In this document: one piece after another, positions 63,874 to 64,000 of the stretch
Layout: the number at the start of each line of letters is the position of its first letter
Position numbering within the stretch: the first letter of the stretch is position 1
Origin: Pseudogymnoascus verrucosus
Lineage: Eukaryota
Assembly: GCA_001662655.1 (NCBI GenBank)
Contig: KV460207.1
Length of the DNA: 64,000 nt
Reading direction: 5' to 3' (one strand)
The notes under the pieces: model-generated
What the model saw: the letters and a program-made list of their open reading frames with translations, nothing else
Told to the model about the DNA's origin: nothing
Database searches by the model: none
Program-made: the position numbers and the translations under genes

Positions 63874-64000
63874 ATTCAGACAAATAAAAATAAGGTAGCT
63901 GAGATTATTCATCAGTGAAAGTCGACCCCCAATCCCGGTGCCAGAAAGGCAGTCGGGCTGGGTGAAGACGATGCGTCGAGCCAAATGCACTCAAGTCATC
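63874..64000 (-). ncRNA. snR13: Box C/D snoRNA, snR13/SNORD15 family (5' end clipped by window edge)
   Basis: Minus strand reads (T)GATGA-CTTGAGTGCATTTGGCTCGA...C' TGATGA...AGCTACCTT-ATTTTTATTTGT-CTGA. GCATTTGGCT and GCTACCTT are complementary to the conserved 25S segment AAGGUAGCCAAAUGC. Yeast snR13, as I recall it, has the same blocks. Confidence 0.88.

Overview
Eukaryotic DNA from a filamentous ascomycete (Pezizomycotina): short GT-AG introns with CTAAC/CTGAC branch points and a dispersed 5S rRNA gene. The window has two parts. (1) About 1-12.3 kb looks accessory. It holds a TOK-type K+ channel, a convergent pair of small genes that both end in a zinc ribbon (one a MARVEL protein), a PDR ABC transporter with a tandem duplication in its promoter, a decayed hAT transposase abutting the transporter stop codon, and a diverged ~150-bp direct repeat flanking ~9 kb of this block. 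It ends at an intact 5S rRNA gene. (2) About 13-64 kb is mostly core genes: NCBP3-like, pectate lyase, beta-lactamase-family hydrolase, ureidoglycolate lyase, Myb factor FlbD with a ~7.7-kb upstream region, O-GlcNAc transferase, RPL12/NOP1 head-to-head, a large repeat protein, NoxR, mito uL13, a small secreted protein, uricase with a perfect UaY site, Rictor, eIF3c and TYR1. The best hidden items are an snR13/SNORD15-type box C/D snoRNA apparently inside a TYR1 intron with a possible poison exon, a stop-free in-frame intron next to the OGT catalytic-site lysine motif, and the repeat-bounded accessory block next to 5S rDNA. I cannot demonstrate a wholly new system from the sequence alone. All calls come from motif recognition by eye; no searches were run.
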